NCBI GenBank assembly: GCA_036504055.1
Contig: DASXVU010000045.1
Location: forward strand, 70,147-134,146
From: Methanomassiliicoccales archaeon
GTDB taxonomy: Archaea > Thermoplasmatota > Thermoplasmata > Methanomassiliicoccales > UBA472
Reading direction: 5' to 3'
DNA: 64,000 bases
In this document: one piece after another, positions 8,508-17,794 of the stretch
How the letters are laid out: each line of letters starts with the position of its first letter
Position numbering within the stretch: the stretch's first letter is position 1
The notes under the pieces: model-generated
The model's input: the letters and a program-made list of their open reading frames with translations, nothing else
Databases searched by the model: none
Told to the model about the DNA's origin: nothing
Program-made: the position numbers and the translations under genes

Positions 8508-9374
8508 ATGACTGATGAAGATAACCAGACACTAATGCCCCAGACGCAGGGCGCCGGTTCTGTCTCACTTAGCGGAGATAACGCCCCCAGCGTCATGGCA
8601 GCAGGATCCGTCACGACCTGGCCGCTACAGGTGAAGAGCAACGATAGCGGCAAGAAGAAGGTCGTTCTACGCGCGAAGATTACCCTGGAAGAGGGAGCTC
8701 CGGAATGGGAGATCAAGATCACGGATGCCACGGGGGCATCGCTGTGGGAGAGCCAAGCTGCCGGTTCACCTCAGATCGAGTTCAATCTGGACGGCCCGCG
8801 CCCGAAAGATCTTAAGCTCATCGTAGAGGCGCCCAAAGGGGCCCGTTACAATGACAAGGTGACCATCGAGCTGGAGGTCTGCCTTGGAGACCAGGTCTGC
8901 GCGGCAAAAGAGTTCAGCGCGACCGCCAGACAATCTATCCTGGTCCTAAAGACCTCGATCGGCCATGAGAGGAACGTCGCAGACGGCGTTTCCAGCAAGG
9001 CCAAGACCGGCAACACCGGTATTTTCGCCATACTTGCCCCGGGCAAGTTGGATGGTTACGTCTTCATGGAAGCTATGAACACTGACCTAGTCCGGGAGAC
9101 CGTCCGCGGCGTCCGCAAGGCCAAGGGCCTGGTGGAAGGCGAGACGAGCTTCAGCGAGATAGAGCACTTCCTGACCCCGAAGCCGCTGGTTTCCGGGATC
9201 ATGGAGGGTGACGTGGTCGAACTGGTCGCCGGTCCGTTCAAGGGCGAGAAGGCCAGGGTCCAGAAGATCGATGAGAGCAAGGAAGAGATCACCGTCGAGC
9301 TGTTCGAGGCGACCGTTCCGATACCGGTCACCGTTAGAGGCGACCACGTGAGAGTCCTCGAGAAGGAGAAGTGA
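8508..9374 (+). CDS. spt5: Transcription elongation factor Spt5 (NusG) with ~140-aa N-terminal extension
   Basis: NGN domain (KTSIGHE..., GYVFME) and KOW motif (GDVVELVAGPFKGEKARV). Confidence 0.92.
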   Translation: MTDEDNQTLMPQTQGAGSVSLSGDNAPSVMAAGSVTTWPLQVKSNDSGKKKVVLRAKITLEEGAPEWEIKITDATGASLWESQAAGSPQIEFNLDGPRPKDLKLIVEAPKGARYNDKVTIELEVCLGDQVCAAKEFSATARQSILVLKTSIGHERNVADGVSSKAKTGNTGIFAILAPGKLDGYVFMEAMNTDLVRETVRGVRKAKGLVEGETSFSEIEHFLTPKPLVSGIMEGDVVELVAGPFKGEKARVQKIDESKEEITVELFEATVPIPVTVRGDHVRVLEKEK

Positions 9375-9379
9375 GTATA

Positions 9380-9856
9380 ATGCCAGAGACTATTGAAGTG
9401 CTAGTAGACGGTGGCAAGGCCACCCCCGGACAGCCGCTCGGCCCAGCGCTGGGCCCGACCGGGATCAACGTCGTCCAGGTAGTGCAGAAGATCAACGAGA
9501 AGACCCAGGCCTTCGCGGGGATGAAGGTCCCGGTCAAGATCACGATCAACGCGAACAAGACCTTCGAGATCAAGGTCGGCACCCCGCCGACATCCGCGCT
9601 CCTGTTCAAGGAGCTGGGTGTGGAGAAGGGATCGGGCGCCCCGAAGGCGACCAAGGCCGGAAACATCTCCATGGAGCAGGCCGTAAAGGTCTCCGAGATG
9701 AAGAAGGACTCTCTCATGGGCAAGGACCAGAAGCACCGTGCCAAGGAGGTCATCGGAACCTGCGTCTCGTGCGGTATCACCGTCGAGGGCAAGGAGCCGA
9801 GGGACATCCTGAGGGAGATCGACGAGGGCAAGTGGGACGCAAAATTCGGGGCCTGA
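9380..9856 (+). CDS. rpl11: 50S ribosomal protein L11 (uL11)
   Basis: GGKATPGQPLGPALGP, PPTSALL. Confidence 0.96.
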   Translation: MPETIEVLVDGGKATPGQPLGPALGPTGINVVQVVQKINEKTQAFAGMKVPVKITINANKTFEIKVGTPPTSALLFKELGVEKGSGAPKATKAGNISMEQAVKVSEMKKDSLMGKDQKHRAKEVIGTCVSCGITVEGKEPRDILREIDEGKWDAKFGA

Positions 9857-9917
9857 ACAGCCCCCGTCCCTTTACAATAGTTTTATAAACGGTAGGCCCA
9901 TTTAGGGCCTACCCGCT

Positions 9918-9952
9918 CTGTAGGAGAGGCAACTCGTTACTACTACAGGAGG
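9918..9952 (+). promoter_or_regulatory. Putative L1-binding mRNA leader (autogenous translational operator)
   Basis: Stem CTGTAG/CTACAG encloses GAG-AG-GCAA-CT-C-GTTACTA and abuts the SD AGGAGG of rpl1; TATA-like TTTTATAAA at 9881-9889. Confidence 0.65.
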
Positions 9953-9959
9953 AATTGCA

Positions 9960-10598
9960 TTGGCAGAGAAGACAACACTAACGGCCGTCAAGAAGGCGCT
10001 GGAGAAATCTCCGAAGCGCAATTTTAGAGAGACGGTCGACCTATCGATAAACCTGAAGGATGTGGATCTTTCTATCCCGAAGAACAGGATACAGGAAGAT
10101 ATCATCTTGCCTCATGGTAGGGGAAGGGCTGTCAAGGTCTGCATCATCGGCGGTGGCGAACTTGCCCAGAAGGCCAAGAACGTCGCCGATAAGGTCGTCA
10201 CCCCAGAGGAGCTGGGAACCCTCGCCGACAACAAGAGGGAGGCAAAGAAGGTTGCCGCAGGACACGATTTCTTCGTCTGCGAAGCGCCACTGATGCCGAC
10301 CGTCGGTAAGAGATTGGGTATCGTGCTCGCTCCCCGGGGAAAGATGCCGAGGCCAATCGCCCCAGGCGCCGACCCGAAACCGATGGTGGACAACCTGAGG
10401 AAGTCCGTCGCCATCAGAAGCAAGGACAAGATGACATTCCATGTCCCGGTAGGTACGACTGATCTGACTCCGGAACAGATCGCTGACAACATCGACCTCA
10501 TAATCAAGAGGATCGCGGTCAAGCTGGAAAAGGGAACGATGAACATCCGGTCGGCTTATATCAAGACGACCATGGGCCCTGCAGAGAGGCTCATCTGA
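9960..10598 (+). CDS. rpl1: 50S ribosomal protein L1 (uL1)
   Basis: RNFRETVDLSINL, LGIVLAPRGKMP, YIKTTMGP; TTG start. Confidence 0.96.
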   Translation: MAEKTTLTAVKKALEKSPKRNFRETVDLSINLKDVDLSIPKNRIQEDIILPHGRGRAVKVCIIGGGELAQKAKNVADKVVTPEELGTLADNKREAKKVAAGHDFFVCEAPLMPTVGKRLGIVLAPRGKMPRPIAPGADPKPMVDNLRKSVAIRSKDKMTFHVPVGTTDLTPEQIADNIDLIIKRIAVKLEKGTMNIRSAYIKTTMGPAERLI

Positions 10599-10610
10599 GG
10601 AGGGTCGATT

Positions 10611-11471
10611 ATGGCACACGTCGCAGCTTGGAAGAAGGAAAAGGTCCAGGAACTGACGAATGCGATGACCAGCAAGAAAGTGGTCGCCATCGTCGACGTA
10701 CACGGCATACCGTCCGCCCAGCTTCAGCAGATGAGGCAGGGACTCAGAGCAAAGGCGTCCATCATGATGTCGAGGAACAACTTGATCGATATTGCGATCG
10801 AGCAGGCGGCCAAGGACCGGCCGGGACTGGAGAAACTCCTAGAGTCTGTCAGTTCCCAGTGCGCCGTGGTCACCACCGATGTCAACCCGTTCAGGCTATT
10901 CCGCGAGATGGAATCGACCAAGAGCGCAGCGCCGGCAAAGCCAGGCGACATAGCGCCCGAGGACATCGTGATCAAGGCGGGGGACACCCCGTTCAAGCCA
11001 GGCCCGATCGTCGGTGAACTGCAAAAGGCAGGGATCCCCGCCGGTATCGAGGGCGGCAAGATCGTCATCAAGAAGGAGAAGGTCCTGGTCAAGAAGGGCG
11101 ACGCCATTTCTGAAGAGATAGCCAAGATCCTACCGAAGCTCGAGATAATGCCGATGACAGTCGGCCTTGATCTCGTAGCCGCGTTCGACGAAGGCGTTCT
11201 CTACGGAAGGGACGTACTGAACATCCCAGAGGACTACTACAGCTCGATGCTGTCAATGGGCTCCAGGCAAGCCATGGCCTTGAGCATGAAGATCGCGTAT
11301 GTGACCCCGCAGACCGTCGTCCCGCTGTTCGCCAAGGCGTACAGAGAAGCGATGGCAGTCAGCGTAAAGGCCGTCATACCGACCAAGGACAACATCAAGA
11401 TACTCTTGGCAAAGGCGAACGCCGAAATGCTAGCCGTTTCAGCGCTCTCCGAGAAACACGAAAAGAAGTAA
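10611..11471 (+). CDS. rpl10: 50S ribosomal protein L10 (uL10/P0)
   Basis: MAHVAAWKKEKV, GDTPFKPGPIVGELQ. Confidence 0.95.
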   Translation: MAHVAAWKKEKVQELTNAMTSKKVVAIVDVHGIPSAQLQQMRQGLRAKASIMMSRNNLIDIAIEQAAKDRPGLEKLLESVSSQCAVVTTDVNPFRLFREMESTKSAAPAKPGDIAPEDIVIKAGDTPFKPGPIVGELQKAGIPAGIEGGKIVIKKEKVLVKKGDAISEEIAKILPKLEIMPMTVGLDLVAAFDEGVLYGRDVLNIPEDYYSSMLSMGSRQAMALSMKIAYVTPQTVVPLFAKAYREAMAVSVKAVIPTKDNIKILLAKANAEMLAVSALSEKHEKK

Positions 11472-11492
11472 GAAAACAAGGAGGTAAGAAAA

Positions 11493-11795
11493 ATGGAATA
11501 CATATACAGCGCATTGGTGCTTCACGCAGCAGGAAAGCCGATCAACGAGGATGGCGTAATCGCGATCCTCAAGGGAGCTGGAATCGAGGCAGATGCAGCC
11601 AAGGTCAAGGCCTTGACCGCATCCCTCGAGGGCGTCAACATCGACGAGGCAATCGCCTCCGCGATGGTCGCCGCAGCCCCGGCCGCAGCCGCTCCAGCAG
11701 CAGCCGCCCCGGCAGCAAAGAAGGAAGAGAAGCCGGAAGAGCCGGCAGTCACTGAGGAAGAGGCCGCAGCCGGTCTCTCCGCCCTGTTCGGTTAA
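11493..11795 (+). CDS. rpl12: 50S ribosomal protein L12 (P1/P2 stalk)
   Basis: [11 protein letters not shown], Ala-rich hinge, GLSALFG C-terminus. Confidence 0.96.
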   Translation: MEYIYSALVLHAAGKPINEDGVIAILKGAGIEADAAKVKALTASLEGVNIDEAIASAMVAAAPAAAAPAAAAPAAKKEEKPEEPAVTEEEAAAGLSALFG

Positions 11796-11828
11796 ACGAA
11801 CTGGTGCCTCAGAGGCGCTTCAAACCCC

Positions 11829-11864
11829 GGGGCGAAAGCCCCCAAATCCCTTCATCTGTTTTTT
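11829..11864 (+). terminator. Hairpin plus T-tract after rpl12
   Basis: GGGGC-GAAA-GCCCC (11829-11842) followed by T6 at 11859-11864. Confidence 0.55.
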
Positions 11865-11987
11865 ACATCCCAACTGAAGCGGGGATGCCATCGAGGTCAT
11901 GCAACATCGTTCATGACCCGAGGAAATCTGGAATTTAGAGGCGGGGATTCTAACAACCTATTTCTAATGCATACACATTTTCATTGA

Positions 11988-12956
11988 ATGTTTGAAATGA
12001 AGCTCATCGACATCTACAAGCTTGCGGTCCAGATGGGGATGGACGCCGATCTGCGAACGAAAGAGGAGATAGAGGTGGAGCTGAAGCGGGTCGGCGAACG
12101 CTACAAGAAGATGGACCCGACCGACCAGGAGCTGTTCGATAGGGACCAGCTATGGAACCCGTATGCCGATTCTCGTCTTCTCCATGGCGACCCTTCGACA
12201 GAGGTGGAAGGGGTCCTCTGGGGCATCGATATCGGGACGGGCGAGATAATGCTCGCCGACCGGTTGCGGGAGAAAGGCAAGCGTATCGATGCCACCATCA
12301 GCCATCATCCGAACGGCTATGCCCACGCCAATTTCTATGAGGTCATGCATGTGCAGGAGACGCTGATGCAGCAGGCCGGCATCTCCATCAATGTGGCTGA
12401 GGACATCGTCTCTCCGAGGATCCGGGAGGTGCACAACGCCATCGCCTCCGGCAACCACGAGCAGACGGTCGATGCGGCGCGCCTGATGAACATGCCGTTG
12501 ATGTGCCTGCACCAGCCAACGGATATCCTGGTCCAGCGCTTCCTGCAGGACCTGATTGAGGAGAAGAGGCCGGAACGCGTCGAGGATGTCCTCAAGGTGC
12601 TGTCGTCGCTACCCGAGATGCGTTACGCGATCAGCCACAACAACCCTCCAGAGGTTTGGGTGGGTGACCGGTCGCGCCATACGGGCAAGATATCGGTCAA
12701 GATGTGCGGGGGCACCGCCTACCCAAAGGACGTCTATGAGAAACTGGCCCAAGCGGGCGTCGGCACGGTCATCTGCATGCACGTCCCGGAGAGCCACATA
12801 GAGGAGGCCCGCAAGAACCATGTGAACATCATCATATCCGGCCACATGGCATCGGATTCGCTTGGCGTGAACCTGTTCGCCGACCGGGTCGAACAGAACG
12901 GGGTGGAGATAACTCCCTGCTCCGGCTTCATCAGGGTAAAGAGGAGTGGAAATTGA
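11988..12956 (+). CDS. NIF3/NGG1-interacting-factor-like metal-binding protein
   Basis: GIDIG, ISHHP, LMCLHQPTD, ISGHMASDSLG metal-ligand motifs. Confidence 0.8.
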   Translation: MFEMKLIDIYKLAVQMGMDADLRTKEEIEVELKRVGERYKKMDPTDQELFDRDQLWNPYADSRLLHGDPSTEVEGVLWGIDIGTGEIMLADRLREKGKRIDATISHHPNGYAHANFYEVMHVQETLMQQAGISINVAEDIVSPRIREVHNAIASGNHEQTVDAARLMNMPLMCLHQPTDILVQRFLQDLIEEKRPERVEDVLKVLSSLPEMRYAISHNNPPEVWVGDRSRHTGKISVKMCGGTAYPKDVYEKLAQAGVGTVICMHVPESHIEEARKNHVNIIISGHMASDSLGVNLFADRVEQNGVEITPCSGFIRVKRSGN

Positions 12957-14119
12957 GACAGGTCGCCCCCCGCAAACTGTTCAAGGATGAATCGAAGCTG
13001 TCCTTCGACTATGTGCCAGAGAAGCTGGTCCACAGGGAGCGGCAGCTGGACAAATTGTGGATGATCTTCCGGCCGGTGCTGGAAGGTGCCATGTCACAGA
13101 CGGCGTTCCTGATCGGCAATGTCGGTACCGGGAAGACCGCCACATCGAAGAGGTTCTGCATCGACCTGAAGAAGCAGGGCGGCGAGCAGGGGCGGGTCAT
13201 CGATTATATCATCATCAATTGCCGGCAGCGCAACTCGGAGAGCGCGGTGCTCCAACGTCTGGTCACCCACTTCGACGAACACTACCCGGACCGGGGTTTC
13301 AGCATCGCGGAGATGCTGCGGGCCATCCGGAAGCACCTGGAAAAGAACAAGATGCACCTGGTGGTGGTGCTGGACGAGGCGGACATCCTGATCAGGAAGG
13401 GAGCCAGCGACCTCATCTATCAGCTTTCCCGGTTCGACGAGGAGACCGTCGGTGCCAGACCTTCCCTCTCATTGATCCTGGTCTCCCAGAAGTACGTTCT
13501 GGACCTGCTCGATCCGGCCGCCTTCTCGACCTTCCGTCGGGCCAACGCGATCCAGTTCGACAAGTACAACACCGAGGAGCTGCGGGACATAGTCGCCGAC
13601 AGGGTCGAGCTGGCATTCCATCAGGGAATGGTCAGGAGGGACTCGATCGACCTGGTCGCGGACATCGCCTCGGAATGGGGCGACGCCCGGTTCGCCATCG
13701 AACTGCTTGACCGCGCTGGGATGATGGCCGAGGAAGAGAGCGCTCCGGCGGTCGGTCCGGAGCACGTCCGTGCGGCCAAGGCGCTGACCTATTCCATCGT
13801 CACGGAGAGCAAGGTGGACCAGCTCGACCGGCAGCGCAAGATCGTGCTCTTGGCTGTGGCCAGGGCGATGAGGGACGAGGCCTACGTGACCACCGGCGAT
13901 GCGGAGAAGGTCTATAAAGTGGTCGCCGAGGAGTACGGAGAAAAACCGCGGGCGCATACCCAGTTCTGGGCATATATCCAGGGGATCGCGAACGAGGGGA
14001 TCGTCCAGACGAAGGTGTCAGGCGACGCCGCCGGAGGACGGACCACCTACATATCCATCCCGGACGTGCCGACCAAGGTGCTAAAAGAGATGCTGGAGAA
14101 GATGCTCACCATCGAGTGA
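12953..14119 (+). CDS. cdc6: Orc1/Cdc6 family replication initiator
   Basis: LSFDYVPEKLVHRE, Walker A GNVGTGKT, Walker B VVLDEAD, C-terminal winged helix. Confidence 0.93.
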   Translation: MRQVAPRKLFKDESKLSFDYVPEKLVHRERQLDKLWMIFRPVLEGAMSQTAFLIGNVGTGKTATSKRFCIDLKKQGGEQGRVIDYIIINCRQRNSESAVLQRLVTHFDEHYPDRGFSIAEMLRAIRKHLEKNKMHLVVVLDEADILIRKGASDLIYQLSRFDEETVGARPSLSLILVSQKYVLDLLDPAAFSTFRRANAIQFDKYNTEELRDIVADRVELAFHQGMVRRDSIDLVADIASEWGDARFAIELLDRAGMMAEEESAPAVGPEHVRAAKALTYSIVTESKVDQLDRQRKIVLLAVARAMRDEAYVTTGDAEKVYKVVAEEYGEKPRAHTQFWAYIQGIANEGIVQTKVSGDAAGGRTTYISIPDVPTKVLKEMLEKMLTIE

Positions 14120-14161
14120 CCGGGGCAAACATATTCTACGGGGGAGTGGCTTCTTCAGGGC

Positions 14162-15343
14162 ATGAAGAGGACCCCATTGTATGACTGGCACGTCTCTTCC
14201 GGAGCCCGCATGATCGACTTCGGCGGATGGGAGATGCCGCTGCAGTACACCGGCATTGCCGATGAGCACATCAATGTGCGAAAGCGGGTAGGCATCTTCG
14301 ACGTTTCCCACATGGGGGACATCATCATCCGGGGGGAAGGGGCCGGGTCACTGGTAAACCGTCTGATGACCAACGATCCCGCAGGAATGCCGGTAGGCAA
14401 AGGCATCTATGGCCATATCCTCAACGATGAGGGCCGGATCATCGACGATACCATTGTCTATCGCATAACTGAGGACGGCTACCTGCTGGTACCCAACGCC
14501 TCGATGACCGGAACGGTGTTCCAATGGATCAAGGACCATACAACAGACCAGGAAGTAATGGACGTGACCGACGAGATAGCCTGTTTCGCCGTCCAAGGAC
14601 CGGAGGCGGGGGCGCTCCTTCAACGGCTGACGGACCGGGACCTGTCATCTGTCAAACGGTTCCATTTTGTCATCACGGCGCTGGAGATCGATGGCCAGCC
14701 GAAGGACCTCGTCACCGGGCTGCGGCCGCCCCTGCTCTTAGATAAGGAGATCGGTCTCGATCTGGAGGAAGCCGGTGTCTGGCCGGGAGGACCTTTCGGT
14801 GCCAGGATCATGCTTTCACGCACTGGATATACCGGCGAGGATGGATTCGAGGTGGTATGTGACTCCCGGGCGGCGGTCGCCATCTGGAACCTCATCATCA
14901 GTATGGGCGCTAAACATGGCCTGCTTCCGGCCGGGCTGGGGGCCAGGGACAGCCTGAGGCTGGAGATGGGCTACCTGCTCTCCGGAACCGACTTCGACGG
15001 CAGCCAGAGCACGGTGCAGACCGGTCCTGGTTGGGCGATCAAATGGGAACATGACTTCATCGGCAAGGAAGCCCTACTCCGGGATGCGGGCCTTCCCCTT
15101 CCCCGGTTGACGGCGATGGTCCTCGACGACCGGGGCATACCCCGGCAAGGATACCCCTTGCTTAAAGATGGCAAAGAAATCGGCCATATCACCAGCGGGA
15201 CCCTGTCACCGTGCCTTAGGAAGGGGATCGCCCTGGGCTACATGATACCGGAATTCTCTAAGCCCGGGAGCGAGCTAACCGTCGCCATAAGAGATATGCG
15301 GGTGCCCGCCCATGTGGTTATCCCGCCGTTCATAAGGAAGTGA
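14162..15343 (+). CDS. gcvT: Glycine cleavage system T protein (aminomethyltransferase)
   Basis: MKRTPLY, FDVSHMG, SRTGYTGEDGFE, GLGARDSLRLEMG. Confidence 0.9.
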   Translation: MKRTPLYDWHVSSGARMIDFGGWEMPLQYTGIADEHINVRKRVGIFDVSHMGDIIIRGEGAGSLVNRLMTNDPAGMPVGKGIYGHILNDEGRIIDDTIVYRITEDGYLLVPNASMTGTVFQWIKDHTTDQEVMDVTDEIACFAVQGPEAGALLQRLTDRDLSSVKRFHFVITALEIDGQPKDLVTGLRPPLLLDKEIGLDLEEAGVWPGGPFGARIMLSRTGYTGEDGFEVVCDSRAAVAIWNLIISMGAKHGLLPAGLGARDSLRLEMGYLLSGTDFDGSQSTVQTGPGWAIKWEHDFIGKEALLRDAGLPLPRLTAMVLDDRGIPRQGYPLLKDGKEIGHITSGTLSPCLRKGIALGYMIPEFSKPGSELTVAIRDMRVPAHVVIPPFIRK

Positions 15344-16407
15344 GCATTTTGGCTGAGGGCGTAGTTGAGACACTTATCGACATGATCCTGATCGGGAGCG
15401 AGGAGAGGGAGAACAAGGACGAGATCGTCAAGTACGCGTCAGACTGGCTCAAGGACCTGGGCATGGAGGTGGACATCGTGGGTGATAAGCGCTACCCGGC
15501 GATATGCGCCTACAACGGTTTCCGGGGGGTCGCCCTGTCTGGACATCTGGATACGGTCCCGATCGGGGACCGCTGGACCAAGGACCAGGGGGAGATGTCG
15601 GACGGCAAGGTGTTCGGTCGTGGCTCGGCCGATATGAAGGGCGGATGCGCGGCCATGCTGCACTCCGCCAAGGCGCTGATGGCGGACGACCTGGACTGCT
15701 ATCTCCTTTTCACCACCGATGAGGAGGACCTGATGACCGGGGCGAATGCGCTCATCCGCACCCACGGCGCCAAGAACGCCAGGGCCATCGTGATCGGCGA
15801 ACCGACCAACATGAGACCGGTCTACAAAGAGAAGGGAGTGGCCAGGGTCGGGGTAAAGGCCTTCGGGAAAGCATCCCATGCCAGCATGCCGTGGCTAGGC
15901 GAGAATGCCATCATGACCATGTCACGCCTGCTGGATAAGCTCGGGGCGCTCAATGCGGAAGGCCGGGAGGCGGCCGAAGGCCTGACCATGAACGCCACCA
16001 CCATCAAGGGCGGGGACATGTACAACGTCATCCCGGACGAATGCGAAGTGGATCTGGATGTACGCTTTCCGGCATCGATGAGCGCCCACGAGGTCTTCTC
16101 ATCGATCCTGGCGACGCTAAAAGGCGAGGATTGCGAGCTCGCGCTGCTTCACGAGTTCCCGGCTTTCGGGACCGACCCCGAATCGCCCCTGGTCAAGGCG
16201 GCGACGGCCTATCTTAGGGAAGAACCGATGGCCGTGCCCTATGCCACGGAGGCGGCGGTCTATGCCAAGGTCAACCCCAATATCCTGATCTGCGGTCCGG
16301 GCGATACCGATGTGGCCCACACCGCCGACGAGTTCGTGGAGATGGCCCAGCTGGAGCAGGCCGTTCAGTTATACATCCACCTTGCCAAGACCCTGATTCA
16401 GGGGTAG
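15340..16407 (+). CDS. M20/ArgE-DapE family metallopeptidase/deacetylase
   Basis: SGHLDTVP, GRGSADMKGG, DEE, GEPT, AHTADE. Confidence 0.88.
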   Translation: MSILAEGVVETLIDMILIGSEERENKDEIVKYASDWLKDLGMEVDIVGDKRYPAICAYNGFRGVALSGHLDTVPIGDRWTKDQGEMSDGKVFGRGSADMKGGCAAMLHSAKALMADDLDCYLLFTTDEEDLMTGANALIRTHGAKNARAIVIGEPTNMRPVYKEKGVARVGVKAFGKASHASMPWLGENAIMTMSRLLDKLGALNAEGREAAEGLTMNATTIKGGDMYNVIPDECEVDLDVRFPASMSAHEVFSSILATLKGEDCELALLHEFPAFGTDPESPLVKAATAYLREEPMAVPYATEAAVYAKVNPNILICGPGDTDVAHTADEFVEMAQLEQAVQLYIHLAKTLIQG

Positions 16408-17696
16408 ACCCGGGAAACCGTCCGAGGGAACGGTATGGCATCCCGTATGTGCTCCAGCTTGCACACCCAGCGCACTATGCGCTCCACCCCGAGCCCGAAC
16501 CCGGAATGCGGCACGGAGCCGTATTTCCTCAGGTCCAGGTACCACTGGTACGAATCGACCGGTACGCATTGGGATTCCAGCCTCTCCAAAATCTTGGTCA
16601 GGTCTGTCTCCCTTTCCGATCCGCCGATGATCTCCCCGTAACCCTCGGGGGCCAGCAGGTCGGCGCACTTGTACGTGCGCGGGTCGTCCGGATCTTCCTT
16701 CATGTAGAACGCCTTGCACTCCTTGGGGAAGTTTGTTATGAAAGTAGGTAGCGACTCGTCGGCCGTCACCGCTCTCTCCTCCGGCGCACCCAGGTCCTGC
16801 CCCCATTCGATACTGAAGTCCTTCTGTTTCAGCCTCTCAATGGTCTGGGCATAGGTGACCCGGTTGAACGGAGGAACGATCAACTTGAGCTGATCGACAT
16901 CCCTGCCGACCAGCTTGAGCTCGTCTCGCCTCTCATCGACGATCTTTGCGATCATCGCCGAAACCAGCTCTTCCTGGATCTTCATGTTGCCGGCGTTGTC
17001 CGTCCATGCTTCCTCCAGCTCGAGGTGCCAGTATTCAGTCAGATGCCTGGTGGTCCGGGACTTCTCGGCCCGGAAGGAGGGAGTGATGGAATAGACCCTT
17101 TCCAGGGAATAGATGAGAGCCTCCAGGTACATTTGTGCGCTCTGGCTCAGGTACGCCTCCCGATCGAAATATTTGAGTTTGAACAGTGTGACCCCGCCCT
17201 CGCAGGCATTCTGGGTGAAGATCGGGGGAGTGACCTCGGTGAAACCCTGTTCGTCCAGCCACTCGCGGGCACCTTTCATGGCGCTGCTCTTGATCTTCAT
17301 CACCGCGTTCTGCTCGCGCGATCTTATCCAGAGGTGCCGGTTGTCGAGGAGAAGCTCCTCGCTCTGGTACTCGGTGATCGGGAAAGGTTGCGAAGGACCG
17401 ACAAGCGTGAACCCGGTAGCCCTGATCTCATAACCGCCGGGAGCCCTCTTGTCCTCTGCCAGAGTTCCCTGTACCGTGACCGATGATTCGATGGCGGAGG
17501 CAACTGACTGGTCGAAATCCCCGTCCGGCAGAGCCCCCTTCTTCACCGTGACCTGGATTATGCCGGTGGAATCCCTCACCACGGCGAAGACGATCTTGCC
17601 GCTACTCCTGGTGCGGTATATCCAGCCCCTAACGGCGGTCTCTGCCCCAACGACCGGGGAGTCCAGCAGCTGTTTTATCGGCACAGGGGAACTCAT
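16398..17696 (-). CDS. asnS: Asparagine--tRNA ligase
   Basis: OB-fold VRGWIYRTR, ACEGGVTLF, LSQSAQMY, RAEKSRTTRHLTEYW, HSGFGLGVER. Confidence 0.93.
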   Translation of the reverse strand: MSSPVPIKQLLDSPVVGAETAVRGWIYRTRSSGKIVFAVVRDSTGIIQVTVKKGALPDGDFDQSVASAIESSVTVQGTLAEDKRAPGGYEIRATGFTLVGPSQPFPITEYQSEELLLDNRHLWIRSREQNAVMKIKSSAMKGAREWLDEQGFTEVTPPIFTQNACEGGVTLFKLKYFDREAYLSQSAQMYLEALIYSLERVYSITPSFRAEKSRTTRHLTEYWHLELEEAWTDNAGNMKIQEELVSAMIAKIVDERRDELKLVGRDVDQLKLIVPPFNRVTYAQTIERLKQKDFSIEWGQDLGAPEERAVTADESLPTFITNFPKECKAFYMKEDPDDPRTYKCADLLAPEGYGEIIGGSERETDLTKILERLESQCVPVDSYQWYLDLRKYGSVPHSGFGLGVERIVRWVCKLEHIRDAIPFPRTVSRVYP

Positions 17697-17794
17697 CTAA
17701 ATACCCACCAGGGTTACAAATGGCACTCTACTATCTTTTTATTTCGGTGGACCTGGCCACATCTTATTAATATCCGTTGTCAGGATGGAACGTT

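Noticed and set aside
11680-11715. GCA/GCC-rich repeat in rpl12
   Set aside because: This is the ordinary Ala-rich hinge of the stalk protein.
11796-11987. G-strings upstream of NIF3-cdc6 as possible ORB origin boxes
   Set aside because: No TTCCAGTGGAA-like ORB core, no repeated boxes and no AT-rich unwinding element.
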